From the IMG/VR virus record IMGVR_UViG_3300045988_143954, positions 1 to 40,147 of that record: a stretch of 40,147 bases of DNA; one strand, given 5' to 3'. Positions within the stretch are counted from its first letter, which is position 1; each line of letters starts with the position of its first letter. A program made the position numbers and the translations under genes. Source of the stretch: a virus. Below, one piece after another: positions 13,691 through 22,265 of this stretch. Below the pieces are notes generated by a model. That model made no database searches and had not been told where the DNA came from. It saw nothing but the letters and a program-made list of their open reading frames with translations.

Positions 13691-13714
13691 GTGTTGGCCG
13701 GGCGTGCCGACGGC

Positions 13715-13745
13715 TTGACATTCATTATACCTTTGGTATAATGAA
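13715..13745 (+). promoter_or_regulatory. Consensus promoter TTGACA-16-TGgTATAAT overlapped by a 25-bp perfect palindrome
   Basis: ttgaca at 13715-13720 and tataat at 13737-13742, preceded by tgg. The palindrome is ttcattatacc ttt ggtataatgaa (13721-13745). Confidence 0.65.
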
Positions 13746-13795
13746 TGATGTCAGGCCCCACTGGGGGGCCTCAACCACCTGGAGGGTGATGGATC

Positions 13796-14191
13796 ATGGA
13801 AATCGACACGAAGAAGATCACGTACATCGTCGACGCAATCGGCGCGAAAATGTTCAAGGTCATCGACGAGCATCAAGGGTGCAGGATCACGGGAGACGAC
13901 CACGGCGGCCTTGGTCGCAGCTGGAAGCGCGTCGACATGAAGGGCCGGACCGTGCTGGTCAGGATCTTCGCGTATATCGACGATCGCGGGTGCTGGGACG
14001 GCGCGATGTTCGAGATCGGCATCCACCCGCAGCACGTCTCCCAGCTGTGGACCTACCGCATCAGCGGCCCGATCGACGAGCCCGACCTGCTGGTCGACCG
14101 TTTCCGCCTGCTCCTCGACGACCTCTATCACGTGATCGTCAACGGCAAGCAGCCCCCGCTGGCCGGATCCGACGAGGAGGCCAGGCGATGA
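13796..14191 (+). CDS. Hypothetical protein (131 aa), first gene of the recombinase operon
   Basis: RBS ggaggg. Normal composition. The stop overlaps the next start (ATGA). Confidence 0.7.
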   Translation: MEIDTKKITYIVDAIGAKMFKVIDEHQGCRITGDDHGGLGRSWKRVDMKGRTVLVRIFAYIDDRGCWDGAMFEIGIHPQHVSQLWTYRISGPIDEPDLLVDRFRLLLDDLYHVIVNGKQPPLAGSDEEARR

Positions 14192-15123
14192 CCTACCCCA
14201 CACCGGCGACCGCACCCATGTCCGCCGTGTCCAGCGTTCCGGCCGATCTTGTCCGCCGGTGGCTGGGCCGCGGCCTGTCCCCGCGCACCGAGCAGCGCTA
14301 CCGGATGTCGATACGCATGTGGGAGCGTTGGTGCGCCGAGCACGGCGTGGACCCGATGCTCGCCGACCCGGACGACCTGGAGCAATGGTCGGGATCCATG
14401 CTCGACCATGGCACGGCCCCGTCCACAAGACGCTCCTCGCTGCTGACCGTACGAGCGTTCTACCGGTGGGCCCACGCCTCCGGATGGCTCCCCACCGACC
14501 CGTCAAGCCTGCTGCGCATCCCGGCCAGGCAGGTCTTCTCCGAGGGCACGTGGGCGACCCGCGACCAGTGCGCGCGCATGCTCGACTTCGCCGAACGCGA
14601 CCCCGACCCGAGGGGTGCGGCGCTGATCGGTCTGATCCTGCTGTCCGGACTGCGACCCGGAGAGCCCCTGGCCGCGGACGTGACCGACCTGGGCGTGCAC
14701 GGCGACGGCGACGATATGGTCGAGACCATCACCGTGACCCGGAAGACCGTCGGAGGCGTGCGGCGACGCCAGCGCGTGGCCATGCCGCCGAGGGCCGCCG
14801 ACGCGGTGCATCGCATGCTCGGCAAGCGGGACACCGGCCCGCTCTTCCTGACCGTCACCGGGCATCGCATGTCCAGCGACGACGCCACCCGCATCATCGC
14901 CCGCACCGCACGACAGGCCGGCATCGGCGAGCGCATCACCGCTCACAGCCTTCGCCGTAGCTTCTGTACTTTGGCCGTGGATGCGGGTGTGGGCGAGCTG
15001 GAGATCATGGCGTCGGGAGGGTGGACCGGCGCCGAGATGCTCCGCTACTACGACATGAGGCGGGACGCTGTCGAACGGCATGCGGGCATGGTTATCGAGG
15101 CCCTGCTCGACGACGCCGGGTAG
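14188..15123 (+). CDS. Second tyrosine recombinase, XerC/D-like (311 aa)
   Basis: LLSGLRPGE (Arg I), HSLRRSF (H-x-x-R) and GGWTGAEMLRYY (catalytic Tyr). The true start MTYPTP at 14188 lies within the long R-rich ORF 13558-15123. Confidence 0.85.
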   Translation: MTYPTPATAPMSAVSSVPADLVRRWLGRGLSPRTEQRYRMSIRMWERWCAEHGVDPMLADPDDLEQWSGSMLDHGTAPSTRRSSLLTVRAFYRWAHASGWLPTDPSSLLRIPARQVFSEGTWATRDQCARMLDFAERDPDPRGAALIGLILLSGLRPGEPLAADVTDLGVHGDGDDMVETITVTRKTVGGVRRRQRVAMPPRAADAVHRMLGKRDTGPLFLTVTGHRMSSDDATRIIARTARQAGIGERITAHSLRRSFCTLAVDAGVGELEIMASGGWTGAEMLRYYDMRRDAVERHAGMVIEALLDDAG

Positions 15124-15124
15124 C

Positions 15125-15514
15125 ATGGGATCCATGGACACCTCGGACATCAAGGCATGGATGCGGGCCACGCGCGAGCGCGTGGGTCTGACCCAGAAGG
15201 ACGTCGCCGACCTGGCCGGCGTCACGGTCGACATGGTCAAGAAATGGGAGTCGGAGAAATACGTCGAGCCCCCGGACGACGTGATACGCATGCTCCAGAA
15301 AGCGCTCGACCGGCATCAGCAGGCCGTCACAACGATCGTGGACGACCATACCGGCGAGGACACGGCGACCCTCACCTACTACCGGTCCCAGGCCCAGGCC
15401 GACCAGACGGGCGGCATCGGTACCACGATCGGCATCGCCGACGCCCGCATCCGCGAGGCCGCCGCGATCCTCGAGCGCGGCGGCACTACGATCGACTACA
15501 CCTACCCCAGATAA
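15125..15514 (+). CDS. XRE-family HTH protein with a C-terminal extension (129 aa)
   Basis: RERVGLTQKDVADLAGVTVDMVKKWESEK. The start is 1 nt after the recombinase stop (alternative ATG at 15134). Confidence 0.75.
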   Translation: MGSMDTSDIKAWMRATRERVGLTQKDVADLAGVTVDMVKKWESEKYVEPPDDVIRMLQKALDRHQQAVTTIVDDHTGEDTATLTYYRSQAQADQTGGIGTTIGIADARIREAAAILERGGTTIDYTYPR

Positions 15515-15529
15515 CCGAATAACACAAAA

Positions 15530-15561
15530 CGCCTCGGCCAGTTTCGAAACTGGCCGAGGCG
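15530..15561. terminator. Bidirectional terminator (perfect palindrome)
   Basis: cgcctcggccagtttcgaaactggccgaggcg, between convergent genes. Confidence 0.7.
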
Positions 15562-15648
15562 CTGAGATTGTCTTACACGAACCTTGCCCGTATATGCGTT
15601 CAGGGCGCGGCCCTCCGCCGTCACCCCTGTGGTGACCGTCGCGGAAGA

Positions 15649-15945
15649 CTAAATTGATTTTCCGACGTATCGGACGCCGAACGCGGACGCGATGATGCCC
15701 GCCGCCGAACTGATGAACGCGCCCACCTCCGGATTGCCGAACGCGGTCACACCCAGGCCGACGATGCCCGCCACAAGAGTCACCACGTAGACAATGGTTC
15801 GCACGGTCGCATCGAACACCGGCACATACCCGGCGGTATTGTCGTTGCCGTCCTCGCGTTCGTTCGTCAGATTGGATTCGGTGACCTCGCTCACGGTTTC
15901 CTCCAAAGTGTTGGCGTGGTCGGCCACGCCCTGAATGTTCGCCAT
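15649..15945 (-). CDS. Holin candidate (98 aa, 2 C-terminal TM helices)
   Basis: TIVYVVTLVAGIVGLGVTAF and VGAFISSAAGIIASAFGV. Lies directly downstream of the endolysin. Confidence 0.65.
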   Translation of the reverse strand: MANIQGVADHANTLEETVSEVTESNLTNEREDGNDNTAGYVPVFDATVRTIVYVVTLVAGIVGLGVTAFGNPEVGAFISSAAGIIASAFGVRYVGKSI

Positions 15946-15960
15946 AATTGGTCTCCTTCG

Positions 15961-16764
15961 TTAGAATCGGTTTTGGTTGAGCGCCTGCTGCAGGTGCATG
16001 ACGGTATCGGGGCCGAAGCTGGCGTCCTGAGCCAGCCCGTAGTGGGCTTGGATGGCTTTGATGGTGCCGGGGCCGAGCAGACCGTCCAACGCGCCCGAAT
16101 ACCGGCCCTCCGCCTTGAGCTTGCGTTGCACGGCGACGATCAGTTGAGATCCGTAGTCGCCGTAGGTGACGCATTCGGTCACCAGATTCGGTCGCCAGTA
16201 GGTGCGTTCGTCCGGCACCAACTGGCCGGAAACGATGCCGTCTACGGGAGTGCCCATGACGGCCTGCCATTTACGGATGGTGTCGGGACCGCACGAACCG
16301 TCCACGGCGAGCGCGGCACTTGTGGTGGACTGGTCTGCGCCATACCTCAGATAGCAGTTCCACGGGTAGTTGTAGTAAGCGCTGATGTTGGTTTCCCGTC
16401 CGGTCTGGTCTCCGCCCGTACCGCTGATGGTGCCATGCTCACTGATCGACGCCTGCGCCAACAGTCCGTTGCCAAGGTAGACGGCGACGTGATGCACGTC
16501 GTTCAATAGGATGTCGCCCGGCCGGGGGTTGCCGTTGACGGGGAGTCGCCGCCAGCCGCGAGCGGTCAGATTACTGGACAGATTGCCCGTATAGGTGGCG
16601 GGCCCGGTGTCGAACCCCGCCTCGCGTAGCGCATAGATCACGAGCGAGCTGCAGTCGCATTCGCCGCCCGGACGGATGTCCCAACGGTTGTACTGGTCGT
16701 AGCCGAGACTGACGGTCTGACACCAGTAGCGCATGCGGTTGATGAGGGTGTTGATGTTGCCCAT
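15961..16764 (-). CDS. Endolysin: NlpC/P60 or CHAP-type peptidase plus peptidoglycan-binding repeats
   Basis: Cys in ECDCSSLVIYAL and His in DVHHVAVYLG. C-terminal repeats are GPDTIRKWQ and GLLGPGTIKAIQ. Start is MGNINTL at 16764. Confidence 0.85.
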   Translation of the reverse strand: MGNINTLINRMRYWCQTVSLGYDQYNRWDIRPGGECDCSSLVIYALREAGFDTGPATYTGNLSSNLTARGWRRLPVNGNPRPGDILLNDVHHVAVYLGNGLLAQASISEHGTISGTGGDQTGRETNISAYYNYPWNCYLRYGADQSTTSAALAVDGSCGPDTIRKWQAVMGTPVDGIVSGQLVPDERTYWRPNLVTECVTYGDYGSQLIVAVQRKLKAEGRYSGALDGLLGPGTIKAIQAHYGLAQDASFGPDTVMHLQQALNQNRF

Positions 16765-16874
16765 CAGGCCACCTCCTCGCCGAGCGCCTTGAGACTGTCC
16801 GCCTCGCTCATCGGCTTCACCTCGACCGGGCAGGGATCCTGCCCCTGCGGCTGAGTGATGATTTCGTCGGCCAT
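16764..16874 (-). CDS. Possible 36-aa acidic protein upstream of the endolysin
   Basis: RBS gggagaggagg. Translation is MADEIITQPQGQDPCPVEVKPMSEADSLKALGEEVA. The stop overlaps the endolysin ATG (TGATG). Confidence 0.4.
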   Translation of the reverse strand: MADEIITQPQGQDPCPVEVKPMSEADSLKALGEEVA

Positions 16875-16904
16875 ACAGGCCTCCTCTCCCCCACACCTGT
16901 GGGC

Positions 16905-16934
16905 AATAAAAAAGCCGCCACACGATGTGACGGC
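16905..16934 (-). terminator. Canonical intrinsic terminator (minus strand)
   Basis: The minus strand reads gccgtcaca tcg tgtggcggc followed by ttttttatt. Confidence 0.7.
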
Positions 16935-16965
16935 TCGAAAATGGTTGGTTATGGGTCGTATCCGG

Positions 16966-17106
16966 CTAACCGGACGCGGCCAGGAACAGCAGGAGCAGCA
17001 GATGCAGGAGTGGTTTGAGATGGGAGACCAGCCACAGGCCACCAGACACGACTCCGGCGACGAGCAGGATGAGCATGACGGCGAGCGGGACGAGTTCGCG
17101 GTTCAT
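16966..17106 (-). CDS. 46-aa membrane protein with 2 predicted TM helices
   Basis: MNRELVPLAVMLILLVAGVVSGGLWLVSHLKPLLHLLLLLFLAASG. ATGA overlap with the upstream stop. Confidence 0.5.
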   Translation of the reverse strand: MNRELVPLAVMLILLVAGVVSGGLWLVSHLKPLLHLLLLLFLAASG

Positions 17107-17498
17107 GGCTCCTGCCCTTCGGCGGCGTGCGCCTCGATCATCTCGTCGCGGTAGTGCTTGCCCACACCGTTGCCATGAAGCTTGGCGTAGGGCACGAACG
17201 CGGCCTCCACCCGGGTCTTGACCTCGGTGGGCACCGGCCTGCCCCGTTCCACGGTCTCCGCGTGCAATCGGGCGATCTTGTCGAACAGGAGCGCGCGCAG
17301 CGCCTCGTCGATGAGCTCGGCGTGCTCGTCGCGCCGGGCGTTGTTCGCCTCGATCCTGTCGAGCCGACGCGTGATCTCGACGTCGCCGGGACGCGGACGC
17401 CGGTCCAGACGGTCCGTGACCCATTTGGCGAGCACGCCCATCGCACCGGCACTTGCGCCGATCAACGCGACCATGAGCGCGACGAATCCTTCGGTCAT
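17103..17498 (-). CDS. Membrane-anchored coiled-coil protein (131 aa)
   Basis: N-terminal TM helix FVALMVALIGASAGAMGVLAKWV followed by a charged helical region. Confidence 0.65.
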   Translation of the reverse strand: MTEGFVALMVALIGASAGAMGVLAKWVTDRLDRRPRPGDVEITRRLDRIEANNARRDEHAELIDEALRALLFDKIARLHAETVERGRPVPTEVKTRVEAAFVPYAKLHGNGVGKHYRDEMIEAHAAEGQEP

Positions 17499-17560
17499 TT
17501 GATTCCTTTCCTTGATGATGGACTGGTGATGCTGGACTAGTACTGGATGCCGTTCGGCGT

Positions 17561-18574
17561 ATGCTCATGGGTATGAGCGATGACGTGTTGACGCCGGGCG
17601 GTCAGGTGAAGGCCATCGGCGAAGGTGTGGAATCGGCCGGCAGGGGTGTGGAGCGTGCGACGACGGGCATTTCGAAACTGGTCACGTCGATCAGCGAGGC
17701 TGTTCGGTCCGGGGACGGAACGCGCGGCAAGCGGACAACGTTCCTCAGGTCAGTCAAGGACGTACGCCGCCTGTTCGGCGACGACGTGCTATCCGATGAG
17801 GAGGAACACGCAGTGGCCTTGGCGTATGTGCGCGCGGTCAACGGTTTCGAGAACCTGAACACGGTGGGTCGCATGGCCGAGGACGCGTGCCACGCCGGGA
17901 ACGTGGACACGTCCGGGGTCGATCGGCTCCAGCCGGACTGGTGGGACGCGTTCGAGGACGGCGCCTCGCACGCGTACGACGACGAGGTGCGGGCCATATG
18001 GGCCCAGCTGCTGGCCGGTGAGATCAACCGTCCGGGAACGTTCTCGAAACGGACATTGACGACGTTGAACAACATGTCACCGCTTGAGGCCCAGCGTTTC
18101 CGGGAACTGTGCTCCTGGTGCTTCGACGTGTGCTGCGAAGGCGAACCTCCCTATGCCGTGCCCCTGCTGGCTCAGGTCGACGGCAAAGGAAGGACTTATG
18201 GCGGATTCCCGTTGCCGCGCGGGACGGTCCTTGAGGACGCGGGGCTCGTCACCCAGTCGACCGGGCGGAAAATCGTGTTCCGACCTGGCCCAAACGCCAT
18301 CATCGTCAACGGCGACGTACGACAGGTATGGAACAGCGAGAGGCACACCGTCTGCTTCATGTCCGGATACTCATTGACCTCGACGGGACGCGAGTTGGCG
18401 TTGCTGTGCGCCCACGGGACCGCGGAAGATGATATCCCGCGACTCATCAGCGAACGGTTCGAGAACGATATGCCCACGATAGGGCAGTGGATTGTGCTGA
18501 ATCCACCGTCCGGATCGTCCGAAGTCGTCCCATCAGCCGTCCGTGAAGCGGAACGGGCTCACCTGTATCGGTGA
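17561..18574 (+). CDS. DUF2806-like protein (337 aa), opposite strand within the late region
   Basis: DWWDAFEDGASHAYDDEVRAIWAQLLAGEINRPGTFSKRTLTTLNNMSPLEAQRFRELCS matches my recollection of the DUF2806 signature (W-x-x-F...W-A-x-x-L-A-G-E...P-G-x-F-S-K-R-T-L). Confidence 0.7.
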   Translation: MLMGMSDDVLTPGGQVKAIGEGVESAGRGVERATTGISKLVTSISEAVRSGDGTRGKRTTFLRSVKDVRRLFGDDVLSDEEEHAVALAYVRAVNGFENLNTVGRMAEDACHAGNVDTSGVDRLQPDWWDAFEDGASHAYDDEVRAIWAQLLAGEINRPGTFSKRTLTTLNNMSPLEAQRFRELCSWCFDVCCEGEPPYAVPLLAQVDGKGRTYGGFPLPRGTVLEDAGLVTQSTGRKIVFRPGPNAIIVNGDVRQVWNSERHTVCFMSGYSLTSTGRELALLCAHGTAEDDIPRLISERFENDMPTIGQWIVLNPPSGSSEVVPSAVREAERAHLYR

Positions 18575-18611
18575 GGCCCGGAACATCCAGTCGAATCAGG
18601 AATCGGCCTGT

Positions 18612-18641
18612 CGGCCGGCGGGTTGGCGATCTCGCCGGCCG
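18612..18641. terminator. Bidirectional GC-rich hairpin
   Basis: cggccggcg ggttggcgatct cgccggccg, between convergent genes. Confidence 0.55.
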
Positions 18642-18726
18642 CGGCGCTGAAGTACCGGACGCCGCGTGACGTGACGTGCACGCCCGTCGTCCTGGTTCGT
18701 TGTCAGACGGGTGTTCCGTGCTGCGG

Positions 18727-19866
18727 TCAGGCGAGCACCGTGTCCATGGAGATGAAGATGTCGAGTTTCATCCCGGTCTCCATTAGTCTGGCGCCGTCGG
18801 CCTGTCGGATGACCATACGGGCGATGCCGTTGCCGATCGACCAGTAGTGCTGGTTCAGCGTGTTGAATTCGCCGTCGAAGCCAATGACGGCTCCCGTCCG
18901 ATAGCCATTGAGCGTGAGCCAGTTCGGCGTCCGGCACATGTCGAATCCGACGCCGCCAAGGGAGCCGTCGAAGTCGTCGTCCGTGAGGAAATGCCACAGG
19001 TGCAGGTACATGCTCACGGACCGGCCCGTCACGTAAAACTTCGCGTCCAGCGTGTCCTGGTCGTCCGTCTTCGTGATCTGGCCTGACGCGTTGGTCGCGG
19101 CCGTCGGGTCGGAGAGCCCGGCGAGGATGTTGGACAGGTGCGCGCCGATGATTCGGTGGCCGGAAGCGTTCGGGTGCAGACCGTCAGCCAGGAGCGCGTC
19201 GTCCGTCCCGACCCAGGTGAAGGCGTCCGGCGCGATCATGGCGCCGCGGGCCATGCCTTCGGAGACGAGGGCGTCGTAATAGCCGACGTTCCTGTGGTCG
19301 AGTCTCCCGTAGGTCGGGTTGAACGCGCCTCCCAATCCGGAGGCAAGCAGGATCGTCGCGTTCGGATACTCGCTGCGGATCGCCTCCATCACGCGGCGCA
19401 CGCCGTCGCGCCCCTTCGTGACGTCGCGGTCGACGTCGTTCACGCCGCCGCACACCACTGCCAGCCTGACGCGGGAATGGTCGTACGAGTTGTCGGACTT
19501 GCTGTTGGCGACCTCGTGGGCGATGTCGCCGCCGGACTGGCCGGCACGGTAGAACCCCTCCCCGCCGGCCGCGTAGTTGTGGTCCTCGAACCCGAACGTG
19601 GACGACAGGACATCCCTGAACGTCACGCCGCCGGACAAGTACCCCGCGGTGATGCTGTCCCCGAAGAACGGAACATGGCTCCCCCACCGCCCCTTCAAAC
19701 CGGCCAGCGCCTGCTGGGTGGCCGAATCACCCAAAACGTACGCGGCCACGGCCTCGTCAGCCGGCACCGCGTCCACGCCCGGCAGGCCCTGCGGGCCCTG
19801 CGGGCCGGTCAGGCCGCGCGGCCCGGGGTATACGGCCTCGATCAGGTCGACGATCTGCTCGCTCAC
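18727..19866 (-). CDS. Tail fiber protein with a collagen-like repeat and an SGNH/GDSL hydrolase domain (379 aa)
   Basis: GPRGLTGPQGPQGLPG (collagen-like). FFGDSITAGY, GGVNDV and DGLHPNASGH are SGNH blocks I, III and V. GTG start with RBS ggagg. Confidence 0.8.
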   Translation of the reverse strand: MSEQIVDLIEAVYPGPRGLTGPQGPQGLPGVDAVPADEAVAAYVLGDSATQQALAGLKGRWGSHVPFFGDSITAGYLSGGVTFRDVLSSTFGFEDHNYAAGGEGFYRAGQSGGDIAHEVANSKSDNSYDHSRVRLAVVCGGVNDVDRDVTKGRDGVRRVMEAIRSEYPNATILLASGLGGAFNPTYGRLDHRNVGYYDALVSEGMARGAMIAPDAFTWVGTDDALLADGLHPNASGHRIIGAHLSNILAGLSDPTAATNASGQITKTDDQDTLDAKFYVTGRSVSMYLHLWHFLTDDDFDGSLGGVGFDMCRTPNWLTLNGYRTGAVIGFDGEFNTLNQHYWSIGNGIARMVIRQADGARLMETGMKLDIFISMDTVLA

Positions 19867-19916
19867 CGCACGCCTCCCCTCGGGAGAATGAGGCTGATGC
19901 TAGGGAGGATTACCCT

Positions 19917-19925
19917 CCCCCCCCC
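19917..19925. repeat. C9 (G9 on the minus strand) homopolymer in the tail-fiber intergenic region
   Basis: Nine consecutive C residues were read directly at 19917-19925. Confidence 0.9.
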
Positions 19926-19957
19926 GTCGGTTTTCGTTCATGTTCATGTCGTCTCCT

Positions 19958-21862
19958 TTACATGTCGAGTGTCTGGATGATTCTGTCGGCGATGGCCTGC
20001 ATGCCCTGGTCGCCGGGATGGGTGACCCATTTGGCGGGAGCGTTGGTAGTGGTCCCGTCGGGGTAGGTGATGAGCTGGCCCTCCGTGGCCTGGTTGGCCT
20101 TGACGTTGAGGTCGTCGATGCGCACGAGCCCGCACCCGTACGCGGCTGCCGTCTCCTGCATGGTCCGCACGTTCATGTCGTTGGTGAACCAGATGCCAAG
20201 GAGGATGACGCGCGCGCTGGGCGAGCCGGCGCGTATCGAGGCGACGAGCCCGGGCAGGTTGCGGGCGAACGTGGCGCGTCGGACGTCGTTGTTGGCGTTG
20301 TCGCCGATCTGCAGGATGACGAGGTCCTTGCCCGACCAACGGTTCTGGTTCGTGGTGATGTACTCCTGGGCGGCCTGGTCGGTCTCGGCCTGTTCGAACG
20401 CGGCGCAGTGCAGACGGTCGAATTCAGCTCCACTGTTTTTGGCGGTGATGGCGGCGCCCACGATGCTGGCCCAGTCCTTGTCCTTGCTCGACGCGCACAT
20501 GCCGAACCCTTTGCCGGTGCCGTCCGCGCTGCCGGCCATGCCCAGCAGCAGGCTGTTGCCCATGAACAGCACGCTGGATGGCGTGTGCGGTATCACGGCC
20601 AGCGTGCCGTCGTTGCCGACCGCGAGGCTCCATTTCGAGCCGTCCGGAGCGACGAGCGTTCCCGCGCCTTCGGCCGTCCCGCCGCCGGTGTCGGTGTCGG
20701 CGTCGATCTGGTCGAGGCGGTCGAAGATCGCCTGGAGCTGATCGTCGAGGCGCGGCCGGTAGAGCGCGTGCCCGCGCACGCCGCCCGCCCCGAGGTCGGC
20801 GACCTCCAGCCGGTCGATCCGGCACCATCCAGCGCCCTTCGTGGCGTTGACCATGACGCGGAACGACTGCATGTCCTCGTACACCGCGTACGAGGCCGCA
20901 TCGAACAGCACCCACTCGTCGAACACGGGGCCGGTGAACGAGTGGATGTTCCGGTACGTGTTCGTCGCGCCGGCGTTGGTCCGTATGTTGATCTGGATCG
21001 AGCACTGCTGCAGGCTCATCGCGCCGGCCACGTGGATCAGCACCCGGTTCGACGCCGACTCCATCCAACCGGATGTGATCATGCCGCCGTTCGGGCTCGA
21101 CGACGAGTTCTGGAACCCGAACCCCTTATTGTACGAGCTCGCGCCGAGCGCCAGGACGAGCGAATCCCGGTCCGCGAGCAGCCCGTGCCTCCAGTCCCCG
21201 ACCGCCCCGTAGTCGTCCATGACATCGTGCACCGGAGCGTCGAGCGTCCAGTCCTCCACGAGCACGTCCACCATCTGGTTGACCTCGGCGCTGTTCCACG
21301 CGTTGACCAGCAGGTGCGCGGACCCGTCCGGCACGTTCACCCACACGTCACGCCACTCGTGCTCTCCGGACGCGCCCCCGTCGCACGCCTGCACGAGCGG
21401 CTTCAACGACGAGTCCGTGACGATCACGCACGCGCCCGAACCGTTCCCGCGCAGCAGACGCACACGCACCAGCTCACCGCCCGACACGTCAATGCTCGCG
21501 GACGACCAGCCCATCACCTCCGTGCGGGACGCCGAACCCGATGAGCCCACCACCCACCGCGTGCCCGTATTGCCAGTGAACGACAACCTGGTCGCCACCC
21601 GGGAGTACAGGACCTTCAACGCGGGGACGAACTGCCTCACGCCCACACAATCCTCACCCACCACGGCCACGCTCCCGCCGGTCAACGCCTCCTTCACCTC
21701 GTTGCTCAGGTTCAGCATCGTCACCTGCCCCACACCGGTCTTGTCGACCTTGCCCGACAACGCGTCCAACGCCACCGCGCCGGCCGCGGACCGCGCGGCG
21801 GCGACCACGTCCGATGAGGCGGGCATGGTCGCCTCGATGATGTCGACTATCTGCTCAGCCAT
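19958..21862 (-). CDS. Tail fiber / receptor-binding protein with a C-terminal SGNH-like hydrolase domain (634 aa)
   Basis: The C-terminus carries FMGNSLLLG and QIGDNANND. The N-terminus MAEQIVDIIEA is shared with the next fiber gene. Confidence 0.75.
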   Translation of the reverse strand: MAEQIVDIIEATMPASSDVVAAARSAAGAVALDALSGKVDKTGVGQVTMLNLSNEVKEALTGGSVAVVGEDCVGVRQFVPALKVLYSRVATRLSFTGNTGTRWVVGSSGSASRTEVMGWSSASIDVSGGELVRVRLLRGNGSGACVIVTDSSLKPLVQACDGGASGEHEWRDVWVNVPDGSAHLLVNAWNSAEVNQMVDVLVEDWTLDAPVHDVMDDYGAVGDWRHGLLADRDSLVLALGASSYNKGFGFQNSSSSPNGGMITSGWMESASNRVLIHVAGAMSLQQCSIQINIRTNAGATNTYRNIHSFTGPVFDEWVLFDAASYAVYEDMQSFRVMVNATKGAGWCRIDRLEVADLGAGGVRGHALYRPRLDDQLQAIFDRLDQIDADTDTGGGTAEGAGTLVAPDGSKWSLAVGNDGTLAVIPHTPSSVLFMGNSLLLGMAGSADGTGKGFGMCASSKDKDWASIVGAAITAKNSGAEFDRLHCAAFEQAETDQAAQEYITTNQNRWSGKDLVILQIGDNANNDVRRATFARNLPGLVASIRAGSPSARVILLGIWFTNDMNVRTMQETAAAYGCGLVRIDDLNVKANQATEGQLITYPDGTTTNAPAKWVTHPGDQGMQAIADRIIQTLDM

Positions 21863-21885
21863 ACCAGATCCTTTCCGTTAGTAGT

Positions 21886-22245
21886 TCAATCCGACAGGGC
21901 GTAATAGCCCCAGCCCAGCGTGCGCTTCGTCCCGCCATCCGGACTCGACACCGTGACCTTCCACTGGCCGGTCCGGCGCGACGCCCACACCGCGTCCGCG
22001 AACGCCGAAGGCGGGATGTCCGCTATCGCGTAACCGTCAGCGGTCATCTCCCCGCACGCGCGGCTGTACCACAACTCACTCCCGTCAGGCGAACGCAACT
22101 CGACCACGCCCGACCACGAGCTCAGATCCACCGCCTTCACGGTCCCGTCCGGATACCTCTGCCGCCACCGGCCGCCCAAACGTTCGCTGTCCCCGCGCAC
22201 GAGGCGCACGTCCAGACGCCCGACCCGCCTACCCACAGTCGCCAT
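21886..22245 (-). CDS. Hypothetical tail-region protein (119 aa)
   Basis: Position among the tail genes and normal composition. Confidence 0.65.
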   Translation of the reverse strand: MATVGRRVGRLDVRLVRGDSERLGGRWRQRYPDGTVKAVDLSSWSGVVELRSPDGSELWYSRACGEMTADGYAIADIPPSAFADAVWASRRTGQWKVTVSSPDGGTKRTLGWGYYALSD

Positions 22246-22265
22246 GACTCACGTCTCCTTCCTTG

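Noticed and set aside
17561-19866. A Rin/Rci-type shufflon (invertible tail-fiber C-termini) that would explain the second tyrosine recombinase
   Set aside because: I found no inverted repeats or alternative fiber C-terminal segments in reverse orientation near the fiber genes. The plus-strand gene here has its own start and a DUF2806-like sequence. I cannot exclude short recombination sites without a computed self-alignment.
19940-21544. 534-aa plus-strand ORF antisense to the tail fiber gene. Similar antisense or shifted ORFs occur at 22263-23489, 32629-33798, 37102-38151, 38238-39635 and 11429-12712
   Set aside because: These are R/G/V/H-rich, low-complexity translations typical of stop-poor non-coding frames in high-GC DNA. 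The opposite or alternative frame carries recognisable phage proteins in each case.
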